Below, one piece after another: positions 40,071 to 55,600 of a DNA stretch of 64,000 nt. The DNA lies in NCBI RefSeq assembly GCF_009914755.1, contig NC_060944.1. One strand, given 5' to 3'. How positions within the stretch are numbered: the first letter of the stretch is position 1; the number at the start of each line of letters is the position of its first letter. The notes below the pieces were generated by a model. It ran no database searches. It saw only the letters and a list, made by a program, of their open reading frames with translations, and was not told the DNA's origin. A program made the position numbers and the translations under genes. Source of the stretch: the human T2T-CHM13v2.0 reference genome, Homo sapiens.

Positions 40071-40929
40071 GGAGAACATATTCTTGTCAATACTTATTTG
40101 ATTGCAAAGAACAGAAATGATGTTAAGCAAGAAAAAGAAGGGATTTTCTCAGAGGGACACAGAGGTGTCTCTAGGTGACAAGGGCTAGGAGATGCAGCTG
40201 AGCTTCATGGTAATGACTGATCCCCACGTGGCCATTCTCATTCTCTCTCATCTCTCACTCTGCCTCTCCCTGGGCTGCTGGGCCTTTTCTCTCCACTGCC
40301 CCTATTCTAGTGTCCCTGCTGCAGAACATCTCTTGCTGGTTCATGGCACAGCGTGGCCTCCCTCCCTGAGTTGTCCTAATGCAAAAGCATTTGTGCACAG
40401 CACTGGCTGTGTGCCGGGACCCTTTGTTTCTATTCTCAAAAGAAAGAATCTAACTGGCCCAGCTCTGCTCAGCTCTCCATTCCTGGTTTTATCGATGTGG
40501 CTCGAACAGGGTCCCTGACACAAACCTGGCCACTAGGGAAGTGAGCAGGAGTAGACATTCCCGGGGAGAGTCGTGAGTAGGAAAACTGGCAAGTGTGGCT
40601 AACATGGCGCCTCCACCAAATGCCTTGCTAAAGAATACGCTCTACATCTGCTTTCTGAAAATGTAGTGATATCTTGTGAATACCCTTCCATGACATTGAA
40701 AATATGCCTGCACTGCCATTTGGAGGGACCATAGCCTGGTATCCTCTAACGTGATGTGCCAATACTGACTTGACAAATCCTCTACTGCTAAACACTTAGA
40801 TCACCTTCAATTATTCCCTCTAATAAACTATACCTTGATGAACATTTTTGTACATAAATATTTTATTTTTCTTAGGATAAATTCTCTAGACCATGATAGA
40901 ACCAATATCCAGTGGCATTATTTAATTTT

Positions 40930-41070
40930 AGCTTCACAATAACACCTTGATATAGGTATTAGCACCCCTACTTTACAGACATAAAAACTGAAGTAATGTA
41001 AAAGTAGACACAGCTCTTACATTTAAACACCTGGGGAGCGAGAGAACTGGCATTCAAACCTGAGTAGGAG
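40930..41070 (-). mobile_element. MIR fragment
   Basis: TTCACAATAACACCTTGATATAGGTATT...CTTTACAGACATAAAAACTGA...GCATTCAAACCTGAGT. Confidence 0.65.
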
Positions 41071-42595
41071 TCAGAGAAAGATCCTGGGTCTGAAAATAAG
41101 CCATGGATGGGCGAGCTGTGCTGCAGCCAGATGGAGGCCCGACTCAGGCTAAAGGGAAATGGGTGTCAATGCTTGGTGCAGCAGAAAATGAGAAAGATTT
41201 GGCCTTCAGATTTATACACAGAGGTTCTTCCTGTCTCTTTCTCCAGTTAGTGATATCTCATGGAGGAGTTTTCTCCACGCTAGGAAATGGCTTCTCAATC
41301 CAAAGCACCCTAGAAAGGGACAGCATCTATGGAAGGTGCCTCCCCTGCACTAGCCTTTCTTACTGCTGCATTTTTAACCTTCTGGCTTGCCCTCCTCTGG
41401 ATCCCCCTGGGGAACAGGTGGCCATATGATTCTTTCCATTTCACAGAAAGGAAAATGGCACTGGAGACATAACCCAGTGGCCTTCCAAGGGACGTGGGTG
41501 ATGTCATAGGAGGAACAAAAAGAAGGACTTTTTGTGCCTAAAAGTGAAATCAACTTCAGCAGAGAGTGGGATGCCCACCCCCTTTCTGGGTCTTACATTC
41601 AATATCACACAAGATGGGTCGGGGCTGGAACCTCCTGGAACCTGACTCTCAGTCATGGGAGAGGGTAAGGCAGGAGCCCTGGGGATCTGGGAACCTGAGA
41701 GGGAGTAGGGTCACCCTTGCTGAGGACAGCCACTACTGGAACCAGACAATAACAGAAAAGAAGGGGGAGGGGAAGCCCCATCTTGCCATCATTGCTGAAA
41801 AGCAGGGTATAAAGAAAGAGCCCCACTGTGAAGGTAACTCTCCATCACAGATCCTGGGATAGCGAAGGTCACAGAAGAGAAGGGGGCAAAGCTGCCCTAA
41901 AACAGCAAAGGCGACCTGGCTCTGGGACCAACAGAAGGAAAAGAGGAGAGGACTCTGTTTCCTCAGGTTATTTCCTAAGCTGGCCAGCCCTGCCAGAAAC
42001 ACCCATCCTCCAGATAGGCCAGGATGCTGGCTGGCATTTTCTGATGAGGCTTTCCAGGTTCTGCAGATAAGTGTCCAAAAAGACTTGGCAAGTGACCCAT
42101 AAAGATCACAGGGTTTATAAAACAACCAAGCACCGTTCCGCTCTGGCACGTGCCTCTCGCAAATTCATATTCTTTTCTCTACATTCTGGAGTCTGGATGT
42201 GTAAGCTTTGACTGGAGATGGGGTTAGGGGAACAGGATGAAATGCTGATGTGGGAAGACAGGGAGAAGTCACAGCTCAAGGGAAGCAATTCCCCTGCAGC
42301 CCACACAAAATTCATCTAATATTTACTTAAAATTAGCCACACCCCAGTCCATGCCTGATCTGAGGCCTCATTAGGCCATAAAGACTCACGTCTTATACAA
42401 CGGGACTTTGAAAGGTTGTTGACAATGTGTATTATGAAAACAGCTATGCTTGGATTTTCAAAATTTTTGCACCGATGAACTTATACGGACTTTTTAAAAT
42501 ATCTTTGAACAGAATCTAGTTTGAGGCGCTAAGAAGGATAAGACATCAGTTTGAAAAGAGCCCTATCAGGACAACAAAAATTCTGCTAAAATTGA

Positions 42596-45748
<3,153 letters not shown>

Positions 45749-45749
45749 A

Positions 45750-46846
45750 ACATTTTTTTATTTGAGAAAAGCATATATTCTCCCCTTGATTTGCCATTAG
45801 GGAATAATTTCAGGTCAAGGCAATCTTTTATAACTTGCAATATGATTGGGAGAAATATGTAATTGAGTGGCTAGTGTAATTTTAGTGTTAATCTTAGCTA
45901 AATCTTTCCTGCAATTAATTCCTTCATGGCCTCCACAAACCACCTATGACATGCTAAAACTTTCTGGCTTGTCCTGAATATTCTTCTTTTTAAACAATCA
46001 ACCATTCTTTTTAGGGCAAGTATTTACCATCCATCCTTATAATTTTTTCAAGATTTCCACAAACTATCTACAACATGCTTAAACTTTCTGACTTGTCCTA
46101 AACATCTCTTTTAAACAACGAACTATTTTCTTTTAGACAAGTATTTACCACCCAAGATCCTTTCTTATATAAAATCTCTTTCCCTTACAACCTTCTTTTC
46201 ATAGCCAGGATATGACATATTACCAAACCCAATAAAAAGTCCTTGCGGGCTCAGTGATAGTAAAACTTTCATGCTTCCTTTTTGTTGGTAACTATTATTT
46301 CTGCTGTAAGGATAATAATTAAGCAAAATACTATAGCAATGGAAACTCTCTGTCTGATATTCCAGTTAGAAGGTGTTACAGCTTTTGTCTCATTGCAAAT
46401 AGAGTGAGTATCGCAATTCCTGCAAGTGTGGTGTAGTAGATAATTTTCATCTAAATTGCCAAGATATAACATTTCCCTTTTGGAGGTCTATGAAGTTACA
46501 AATGCAATCCCATGGATAATTAAAACCTTCCTGCAAATATGCATCAAAAGTAAGTTTTAATATCTGGCAGTACATCTAGAGGGGAAAAGTAGAAATGACG
46601 GAAAGTAAAAGTAGGACTGAGTAGGATGAGCAGCCCTTGCTCATTTATTTATCCTTTATGATTTTCACCTTAAGATCTCCTATTTCTTCACATTGGTATC
46701 CAGGACGTTTATCCGGGCTGTCAAAGGTTGCTCTATCAGCTTTCTAGGTTTGACTCGAGTATGATGTGTCCAGAAGTTGATACCTGTAACTTTTATCATG
46801 TTTTGATTAATGTTGTACCGTGATATCCCAGATGAGGTCCCCAATA
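45750..46846 (-). mobile_element. ERV1 internal leader sequence (HUERS-P3-int-like)
   Basis: Lies directly after an LTR 3' end and a tRNA-Pro PBS. Contains a diverged tandem repeat of about 125 bp (45935-46155). Confidence 0.7.
46825..46843 (-). other. Primer-binding site, tRNA-Pro type
   Basis: Minus strand TGGGGACCTCATCTGGGAT compared with PBS-Pro TGGGGGCTCGTCCGGGAT, 3 nt after the LTR-terminal CA. Confidence 0.7.
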
Positions 46847-47023
46847 TGAAGCAGCTGCATTGTCTGGGGGATATACTCTGGGGTTCATCATTGTCCACCA
46901 GGAAAATTTAGGAGATAGACACATACGAGGAGTTTAGGAGCAGAAGTTTAATAGGCAGAAGAGAAGAGAAAGAGGAACAGCTCTCTATATAGAGAGAGAA
47001 GGGTCTCTGAGCAGAAAAGACCC
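46847..47023 (-). mobile_element. LTR9-family LTR, R-U5 portion only
   Basis: TGAAGCAGC...TTGTCTGGGG...GAGGAGTTTAGGAGCAGAAGTTTAATAGGC...CAGCTCTCT matches my recall of the antisense LTR9 3' end. ATTAAA signal on the minus strand. Confidence 0.7.
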
Positions 47024-48040
47024 AAAACACATCAAATTTATGGTGAAGCTTGAGTGGAAGAATGGTGAAACATTGATGCTTTGTGAAAATTTCATGGGGA
47101 CAATGACCCAAAGAAATCAGCAGTTTGCAAATGGATAACTCATTTAAGAACAGATGAGACAATGCTGAAAATGAAGCCCATGACAGTAGAGCATCCAACA
47201 TTAATTTGCGAGAAAAATATTCATCTTGTTCATGTCCTAATTGAAAAGGACCAATGATTAACTGCACAAAAATAGTCAACATATTAGACACCTCAATTAG
47301 TTTAGCTTACACAATTCTGACTGAAAAATTAAAGTTGAGTAAATTTTCTACTCGATGGGTGCCAAAACTCTTGCTCCCAGATCAGCGGCAGACAAGAACA
47401 GAACTTTTCACGGAAATTTTAATCAAATGGTATCTCCATCCTGAAGCATTTCTTCAAAGGGTTATTACAGGAGATGAAATATGGCTCTACCAGTACAATC
47501 TTGAAGATAAATCACAATCAAAGCAAAGGCTACCAAGAGATGGTGAGGATCCAGTCAAAGCAAAAGTGGACCAATGGAGAGCAAAGGTCGTGGCAATAGT
47601 TTTTGAGATGCTCAAGGCATTTTGCTTGTTGACTTTCTGGAGGGCCAGAGAATTATAACATCTACTTATTATAAGAGTATTTTGAGAAAATTAGCCAAAG
47701 CTTTAGCAGAAAAATGCCTTAAAAAACTTCATGAGAGAGCCTTTGTCCACCACGACAATGCCCCTACTCATTTCTCTCATTAAACAAGGGCAATTTCCAC
47801 ACTTTCAGTGGGAAATCATTAGGCATTCACCTCACAGCCCTGGTTTGGCTCCTTATTACGTCTTTTTCTCTCTAATATTAAAAAATCTTTAAAGGGCACT
47901 CATTTTTTTCAGTGAATAATGTTTAAAAAACCTGATTAACGTGGTTAAATTCCCAGGACCCTCAGTTTTTTTAGGGATGGACTGAACAGGTTTTATCACT
48001 GGTTTCAAAAGTTTCTTCATCTTGCTTATGTTGAGAAATA
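47024..48040 (+). pseudogene. Decayed mariner (HSMAR2) transposase
   Basis: ORF 47254-47658 contains WVPKLL and ITGDEIW. Further downstream are HHDNAP and a degenerate SPDLAP-like motif (PHSPGLAP). Several stops and frameshifts are present. Confidence 0.88.
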
Positions 48041-48180
48041 AATGTTTATCTTTAATTCCATTTTTTCACAATATCTTCAAAGTCCTCTGTTACTTGGCTT
48101 GGGTCCCTGGGGCACAAAATAGACAATGCACAATTTCCTGGAGTGTTGTTGTTATTATTCAAAAATAAAACAAGGGTATC

Positions 48181-48574
48181 TGTATTAGTTTAGCTAGTTT
48201 GTTCAGCAACGAAGTAGCAAAGACTGGGTGGCTTAAATAACAAACATTTATTTTCTCATAGTTCTGGAGGCCAGAAGTACAAGATCAATGTGTCATCAGG
48301 GTTGGTTTCTCTTGAGGTTGAGGCCTCTCTCCTTGGCTTGCAGATTACTACCTTATTTCTGTCTTTTCACATGGTCATCTCCTGTGCATGTGCACCCCGG
48401 GTGTCTCCTTGTGTGTTCAAATTTTCTCTTCTTACAAGGACACCAGTCAGATTAGATTAGGATCCACCCATATAGCATCATTTTACCTCTTTAAAGGATC
48501 TGTTTTCAAATATAATCACATTCTGAAGTGCTGGAGGAATATGAATTTGGAGGAATACAATTCAGCTCACAACA
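48181..48574 (-). mobile_element. MLT1A-type LTR inserted into an L1M
   Basis: TGTATTAGTTT...GACTGGGTGGCTTAAATAACAAACATTTATTTTCTCATAGTTCTGGAGGCCAGAAGT...CAATTCAGCTCACAACA. Confidence 0.9.
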
Positions 48575-49025
48575 GCATTCAGATTAAAAAACAAAAAGTA
48601 AATCATTTCTATTCACAGGTAAAATAATCTGATAAATAGAAAAATACCAAAGAAGCCATTAAAAAACTATTAAAGCTAATAAAAGCATTCAGCAAAGTTG
48701 CAGAATACCAAATCAACAAAAAAGTTTTATTTCTACACATTATTAATAAATAACCTGAAATGAAAATTTAGAAACAATGCAATTTACTATAGTATCAAAA
48801 AATAGTATGCTTAGTAATAAATTTAACCAAGAGGAGCAACACTTGTACACTGAAAACTAGAAAACTTTACTGAAATAAATTGAAGAATACCTAAACAAAT
48901 GAAAGACATCCCATGTTCATGGATTGGAAGACTTAATATTGTTGAGATGGCAATACACACAAAGTGATCTATAGATCTATTAATTTGCACACTTTATGTA
49001 TGTACATTATATGTGAATAACAAGG
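48575..49025 (+). mobile_element. Old L1M ORF2 fragment
   Basis: ATTCAGCAAAGTTGCAGAATAC...AAAGACATCCCATGTTCATGGATTGGAAGACTTAATATTGTT. Confidence 0.85.
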
Positions 49026-50769
49026 AAAAGAAGAGAAAGAAAGAAAACAAAAACAAAGCCGTTTTCATCACATTTTGAGAGAAAAGAATCCAAATGGTAT
49101 CCAATAAGTCCTTAGTTATCTTTCCAACTCCCCTCTCCTCTTCCTTACTATAGCATACTCCCACTTTATAGATTCTGACGACAGAACAAGATGGAATCAG
49201 AGATTCAGTATTTGTGTATCTGAAGACTATTATGGTAGTCTTAAAAAAGGCTTGCCCCAAAAATGGACCAGACTTCCCTTTACGCCCACAGGATGCTCCT
49301 AGGACCAAAGATAGATGCCAGAAAAGCTTCAACTCAGTGGTAACCAGTGCTCATGCCTGAGAACTGCCCATGGAACCATATGCCATGTGGTGCATCATGC
49401 TCCCATCCCTGCCTGGGGCCAAACAGAACCTTAGGTACTTCTGTCTGGACACTGCAAAAGGCACTGTCCAGTTCTACTAATTGGACCAGACCAGAAGCAA
49501 CTCCTCCTACCTTGACTGGTTGCTGCTGCCTGACCCATCCACCTCTGCTTCCCCAGTGGGATCAGGCACACAGTCATCCTGGAGAATTTCAGCCAGTGGA
49601 GCTTCCGTGCAAAATTCTGTGACCCTGGGTGGACAAAGGTGGTGATGCTACCAAAGAACGATGTCTAGGGAGGCCACCAGGGCATCTGCAGAGAAGCAGA
49701 GAGCTTCCAATTCCTAATAGACATGACTCAAACCTTAAGAGATGTCGAGATATCAGGGGAGGTGTGCAGAGGACCCTGTAACTGATGCATCCCTCAAACC
49801 CCCTTCAGGAATGAAGAGCATAGCCCCAGCTCCAGAGCCCTCAGCTGCATGGTCAGTTCCTCCATGATTGCCTGGCCTGGAGAGAGCCCCCATCCAAAGT
49901 TACGCCTTCTTCTGGGGATGGCATCCACAGACTGCTCAATGTGGCCCATGAGGGTCTGGGCCCCTTGTCCCTCCAAGACAACTCTGAAGGGTTGTCTCAG
50001 CCTTCAAAGTCCCCATAGAATGGGAAGGGGTCTCAGCAGAGTCAGCATCACAGCCTGCCACTCCCTCTACATTGCTCTGTGTCTTTCTCGTCCCTTCCTA
50101 GCAGTGATCCCAGGAGCACCCTTAATGATGCTGAAGAAGAAAGAGTTAAAAGATGAGACAAAAAGTGAGTGTCCTTTCAGCTCCCCAAGCTGTAAGCAGC
50201 TCTTTCCTTAGCAACCTAACATATCGGTTCACAGTTTCTGTGTTTATTTTTTCTCCCAGCCAGAGCAAATCTAGACTGCTTGCTTTGGGCTGAATGTTGA
50301 AGAAGGCAGCACTGTTGGCAGGCAGAGGGGCTGTGGGCTGTCCGTCTTCCTCTTCCTCCGCTAAGGGAAACAATGGCAGGATCCAGTTGCTTATCTGCCT
50401 GCTTATCTAGCAAGCTGCTGGGTGTCTGGATCCTGCAGGGGCAGTGGGGGAGAGCCCTTAGCTCAGCACTGCCCTCCTGTGCTGGGGCAGGCATGGCAAA
50501 GCCCATGAAGTTGCTTCCCTCAGATAACCTTGTGTTTCCACCTGGAGAGGGGAAATAAAGACACATCACATCATTGGATTATGAGGAGTAAATTATAGAA
50601 CGCACACACACAGTGATGGCATTCAAAAAATATCAGCTGTGGCCACCACTGTCTCAGCTCTTTGAACTTGGACTTGCAGGACTGGCCTCACTTGCAGGTA
50701 CTGTGGCAAATTTCTCCCCATTTACAGTGACCTTCTGTTGACACTAAAATAGCTGTAGGTATGCATGGT

Positions 50770-50900
50770 GAGAAAATGTTAGACTTTATCCAAGAGTCAG
50801 GTTGCAAGACCAAGCTTCTCTACTTCCTGGCTATCTAGCTTTAAACAAGTCATATATTTGAGCCTCCATTTTCTCACAAACTCATTTCTCATGGATAGAC
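50770..50900 (+). mobile_element. MIR fragment
   Basis: CTACTTCCTGGCT...CTTTAAACAAGTCA...TGAGCCTCCATTTTCTCA. Confidence 0.55.
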
Positions 50901-51169
50901 AAACTTGAGAATCTGGTGAAATAACTCATATAAGAGGTCTTGACACCCCCAGCAAGCATTGGCTGATTCGAAGTCCACGGTGTAAAATGTAAGAAGGATT
51001 TGGTTATGCTGATAAGTAAATTTACCTGATCAGGACAGGTAGAGGAGCTCAAACTGACAAACAATACAGTGGCTGGGAAGAGAGGAAGATAACAGGAAGA
51101 ACCTGTTATCTGAATGGTGGGCTGAGGAGGGCATTCCTAGAAAAAGGGAAGACACTGTCCTGAGTGTAT

Positions 51170-51420
51170 TCTGCTCAGACCCATCTACTGTTTTATGAAA
51201 CACCCTCCTATGGCTCCATTTCCTCAACACAATGGCCTGTCTTGTGTCACTGAACATGTTCTATGGCCTGCCTGTAATGTCTTCCTTCTCCCCTCCCATG
51301 CTCACCTCCACCCCAGTAAACTCCTATTCATCCCTCAAAACCCCAGCTCTGCCATCAAGTCTTCCAGGAAGGCTCTCCCAGCACCATCCTCACCTGCAGG
51401 TGGGTTTTGCACCACATCTA
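51170..51420 (+). mobile_element. L2 fragment
   Basis: AAACTCCTATTCATCCCTCAAAACCCCAGCTC...TCTTCCAGGAAG. Confidence 0.6.
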
Positions 51421-52663
51421 TGCTTTGACCTGGGCTGCTGTTGGACAGTTGCCATGAGCCCAGACCTCTCTGAGAGCATGTGGAGCACCCTTTATGACAC
51501 AAACAAGAGCTCAAGGATGGTGGCTGGGGTTCAGTCTGCCGCTGCAAATACCAAAAGCTGTCCTCATTGAGTCATCCCTCCCAGAGCAGGAAGAGCAGAG
51601 GTTCTGGGAAACAACCCCAAGGAGAGAGACAGGGCATTTGTGAGCTGTGCAGCCTCCCTGCTGGGACATAGGGAACTCTAGCTGGAGATGAGCAGGGCCT
51701 GAGTCTGAGGGTGGCCCTGCTGAAAGCACAGTAATAGGAGTTATAATCAGCTAAGAGCAGGAAATCTACTTTATTTTTCTAATGTTATTCTTTGCTTTCT
51801 AGATAAAACAGCATGTAAGCATCTCTGCAGTTGCTGTCCCCAGAGCCCACTTCCTGGATATTGCCAGCTGCCTGGACCAACCTTTCCGAAAGATCAGCCA
51901 GGTCACAGTGAGGGTCAAAGGTGAGCCACGGGCCTCAGCAGCTGCTGAGTGGATGGTGCGTGGGACTCAGGAAGTGACGTTCTCTCCCCGCCCAGCCCCC
52001 TTCCTCAGTCTATTGCTCCGAATCCTGGACCACACACTGCGTGCTGAGGCTCCATCGCTGTGCTGGGTGAGGGGTGGAGGACTGTCCAGCTGACAGCCAC
52101 CCAGGAGGCCTGCCCAGGAGACCCAGCCCAGCCTCTCCTTGGAACCTGAAGAACTCCAGGCAGCTGATGGGACACTGGGGCCCAGGTCAGCCCCTCCCCT
52201 TCCCTGAGGTTGCCTGAGGACGCCTTCACTGTTCTAGAGAAGGAGGCCCTCCCCATGGCTGGGGACAGTCACAGCAGCTGCAGACAGATGATGGGAGGGA
52301 GCATTCTTTCCCTAACCCTAGAGGCGGGCGAGCATTCACCAAGTGTTGTTGTTAAAGAAAAAAAGAAAGAAAAAGAAACCAGGATTGTACCTGAGGTCAG
52401 GCAGACAGTGCTCAACTCAGCACTGGGAAGATTGCTAGAAGCCTTGGGCCTATCTAGGAAGACTGGGCCAACATGCGATCCCCTCTGCAAGGTGGAGGCC
52501 ATGCACCTGCCTCCTGCTCCTGAGCTCCGGTATCCTCACTGTGACCCAGGCCCCACTGCAGCAAAGAGACACTGGGAATTAGCCCTTCTGTCCCCTCCTT
52601 GCCAGAAGGTGGGAAGATGTGTTGGTTGAGGGCCTAGAATTTTTTTCATCCCCAAAGACTTTC

Positions 52664-55600
52664 TTTTTTTAATATTATTATACTTTAAGTTCTAGGGTAC
52701 ATGTGCACAACGTACAGGTTTGATACATAGGTATGCATGTGCCATGTTGGTTTGCTGCACCCATCAACTCGTCATTTACATTTGGTATTTCTCCTAATGC
52801 TATCCTTCCCCCAGCCCCCAAACCCCTGACAGGCCCTGGTGTGTGATGTTCCCCACCCTGTGTCCAAGTGATCTCATTGTTAAATTCCCACCTGTAGGTG
52901 AGAACATGCGGTGTTTGGTTTTCTGTCCTTGTGATAGTTTGCTGAGAATGATGGTTTCCAGCTTCATCCATGTCCCTACAAAGGACATGAACTCATACTT
53001 TTTATGGCTGCATAGTATTCCATGGTGTATATGTACCACATTTTCTTAATCCAGTATCATTGATGAACATTTGGGTTGGTTCCAGCTCTTTGCTATTGTG
53101 AATAGTGCCACAATAAACATACATGTGAATGTGTCTTTATAGTAGCATGATTTATAATCCTTTGGGTATATACCCAGTAATGGGATGGCTGGGTCAAATG
53201 GTATTTCTAGTTCTAGATCCTTGAGGAATTGCCACAGTGTCCTCCACAATGGTTGAACTAATTTACACTCCCACTAACAGTGTAAAAGTGTTCCTATTTC
53301 TCCACATCCTCTCCAGTATCTGTAGTTTCCTGACTTTTTAATGACTGCCATTCTAACTGGCATGAGATAGTATCTCATTGTGGTTTTGATTTGTATTTCT
53401 CTGATGACCAGTGACGATGAGCATTTTTTCATGTGTCTGTTGGCTGCATAGATGTCTTCTTTTGAGAAGTGTCTGTTCATATCCTTTGCCTACTTTTTGA
53501 TGGGGTTGTTTGTTTTTTTCTTGTAAAATTGATTGAGTTATTTGTAGATTCTGGATATTAGCCCTTTGTCAGATGGGTAGATTGCAAAAATTTTCTCCCA
53601 TTCTGTAGGTTGCCTGTTCACTCTGATGGAAGTTTCTTTTGCCTTGCAGAAGCTATTTCGTTTAATTAGATCCCACTTGTCTATTTTGGCTTTTGTTGCC
53701 ATTGCTTTTGGTGTTTTAGTCATGAAGTCCTTGCCCATGCCTGTGTCCTGAATGGTATTGCCTAGCTTTTCTTCTAGGGTTTTGATGGTTTTAGGCCTAA
53801 CATTTAAGTCTTTAATCCATCTTGAATTAATTTTTGTATAAGGTGTAAGGAAAGGATCCAGTTTCAGCTTTCTGTATATGGCTAGCCAGTTTTCCCAGCA
53901 CCATTTATTACATAGGGAATCCTTTCCCTATTTCTTGTTTTTGTCAGGTTTGTCAAAAATCAGATGGTTGGAGATATGTGGCGTTATTTCTAAGGGCTCC
54001 GTTCTGTTCCATTGGTCTATATATCTGTTTTGGTACCAGTACCATGCTGTTTTGGTTACTGTAGCCTTGTAGTATAGTTTGAAGTCAGGTAGCTTGATGC
54101 CTCCAGCTTTGTTATTTTTGCTTAGGATTGTCTTGGCAATGTGGGCTCTTTTTTGGTTCCATATGAACTTTAAAGTAGTTTTTTCCAATTCTGTGAAGAA
54201 AGTCATTGGTAGCTTGACAGGGATGGCATTGAATCTATAAATTACCTTGGGCAGTAAGGCCTTTTTCACAATATTGATTCTTCCTATCCACGAGCATGGA
54301 ATGGTCTTCCATTTGTTTGTGTCCTCTTTTATTTTGTTGAACAGTGGTTTGTAGTTCTCCAACTTCACACCCCTTGTAAGTTGGATTCCTAGGTATTTTA
54401 CTCTCCTTGTAGCAATTGTGAGTGGGAGTTCACTCATTATTTGGCTCTCTGTTTGTCTGTTATCAGTGTATAGGAATGCTTGTGATTTTTGCACATTGAT
54501 TTTGTATCCTGAGACTTTGCTGAAGTTGTTCATTTTGTTATTTACCCAGTAGTCATTCAGGAGTAAGTTGTTCAGTTTCCATGTAGTTGTGTGTTTTTGA
54601 GTGAGTTTCTTAATCCTGAGTTCTAATTTGATTGCACTGTGGTCTGAGAGACAGTTTGTTGTGATTTCTGTTCTTTTACATTTATTGAGGCATGCTTTAC
54701 TTTAAAATGTGGTCAATTTTACAATAAGTGTGATGTGGCACTGGGAAGAATGTATATTTTGTTGATTTGGGGTGGAGAGTTCTGTAGATGTCTATTAGGT
54801 CTGCTTGGTGCAGAGCTGAGTTCAAGTCCTGGATATCCTTGTTAACCTTCTGTCTCGTTGATCTGTCTAATGTTGACAGTGGGGTGTTAAAGTCTCCCAT
54901 TATTATTGTGTGGGAGTCTAAGTCTCTTTGTAGGTCTCTAAGGACTTGCTTTATGAATCTGGGTGCTCCTGTATTCACTGGATATATATTTAGGATAGTT
55001 AGCTCTTCTTGTTGAATATATCCCTTTACCATTATGTAATGGCCTTGTCTCTTTTGATCTTTGTTGGTTTAAAGTCTGTTTTATCAGAGAGTAGCATTGC
55101 AACCTCTGCTTTTTTTTGCTTTCTATTTGCTTGGTAGCTCTTCCTCCATCCCTTTATTTTGAGCCTATGTGTGTCTTTGCACGTGAGATGGGTTTCCTGA
55201 ATACAGCACACTGATGGGTCTTGACTCTATACAATTTGCCAGTCTGTGTCTTTTAATTGGGGCATACTACCTATTTACATTTCAGGTTAATATTGTTATG
55301 TGTGAATTTGATCCTGTCATTATGAAGTTGGCTGGTTATTTTGCCCGTTAATTGATGCAGTTTCTTTCTAGCATCGATGGTCTTTACAATATGGCATGTT
55401 TTTGCAGTGGCTGGTACCAGTTGTTTCTTTCCATGTTTAGTGCTTCCTTCAGGAGCTCTTGTAAAGCAGGCCTGGTGGTAACAAAATCTCTCAACATTTG
55501 CTTGTCTGTAAAGGATTTGATTTCTCCTTCACTTATGTAGCTTAGTTTGGCTGGATATGAAATTCTGGGTTGAAAATTCTTTTCTTTAACAATGTTGAAT

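Noticed and set aside
47254-47658. 134-aa transposase-like ORF as a domesticated gene (SETMAR-like)
   Set aside because: It is a short piece of a decayed HSMAR2 with stops and frameshifts on both sides, and the ATG region is mutated and separated by a 4.4-kb insert.
53046-55032. ORFs with clear endonuclease/RT/C-terminal similarity (for example 201 aa at 53928-54533)
   Set aside because: They are fragments of a frameshifted, internally deleted L1 ORF2, not a functional CDS.
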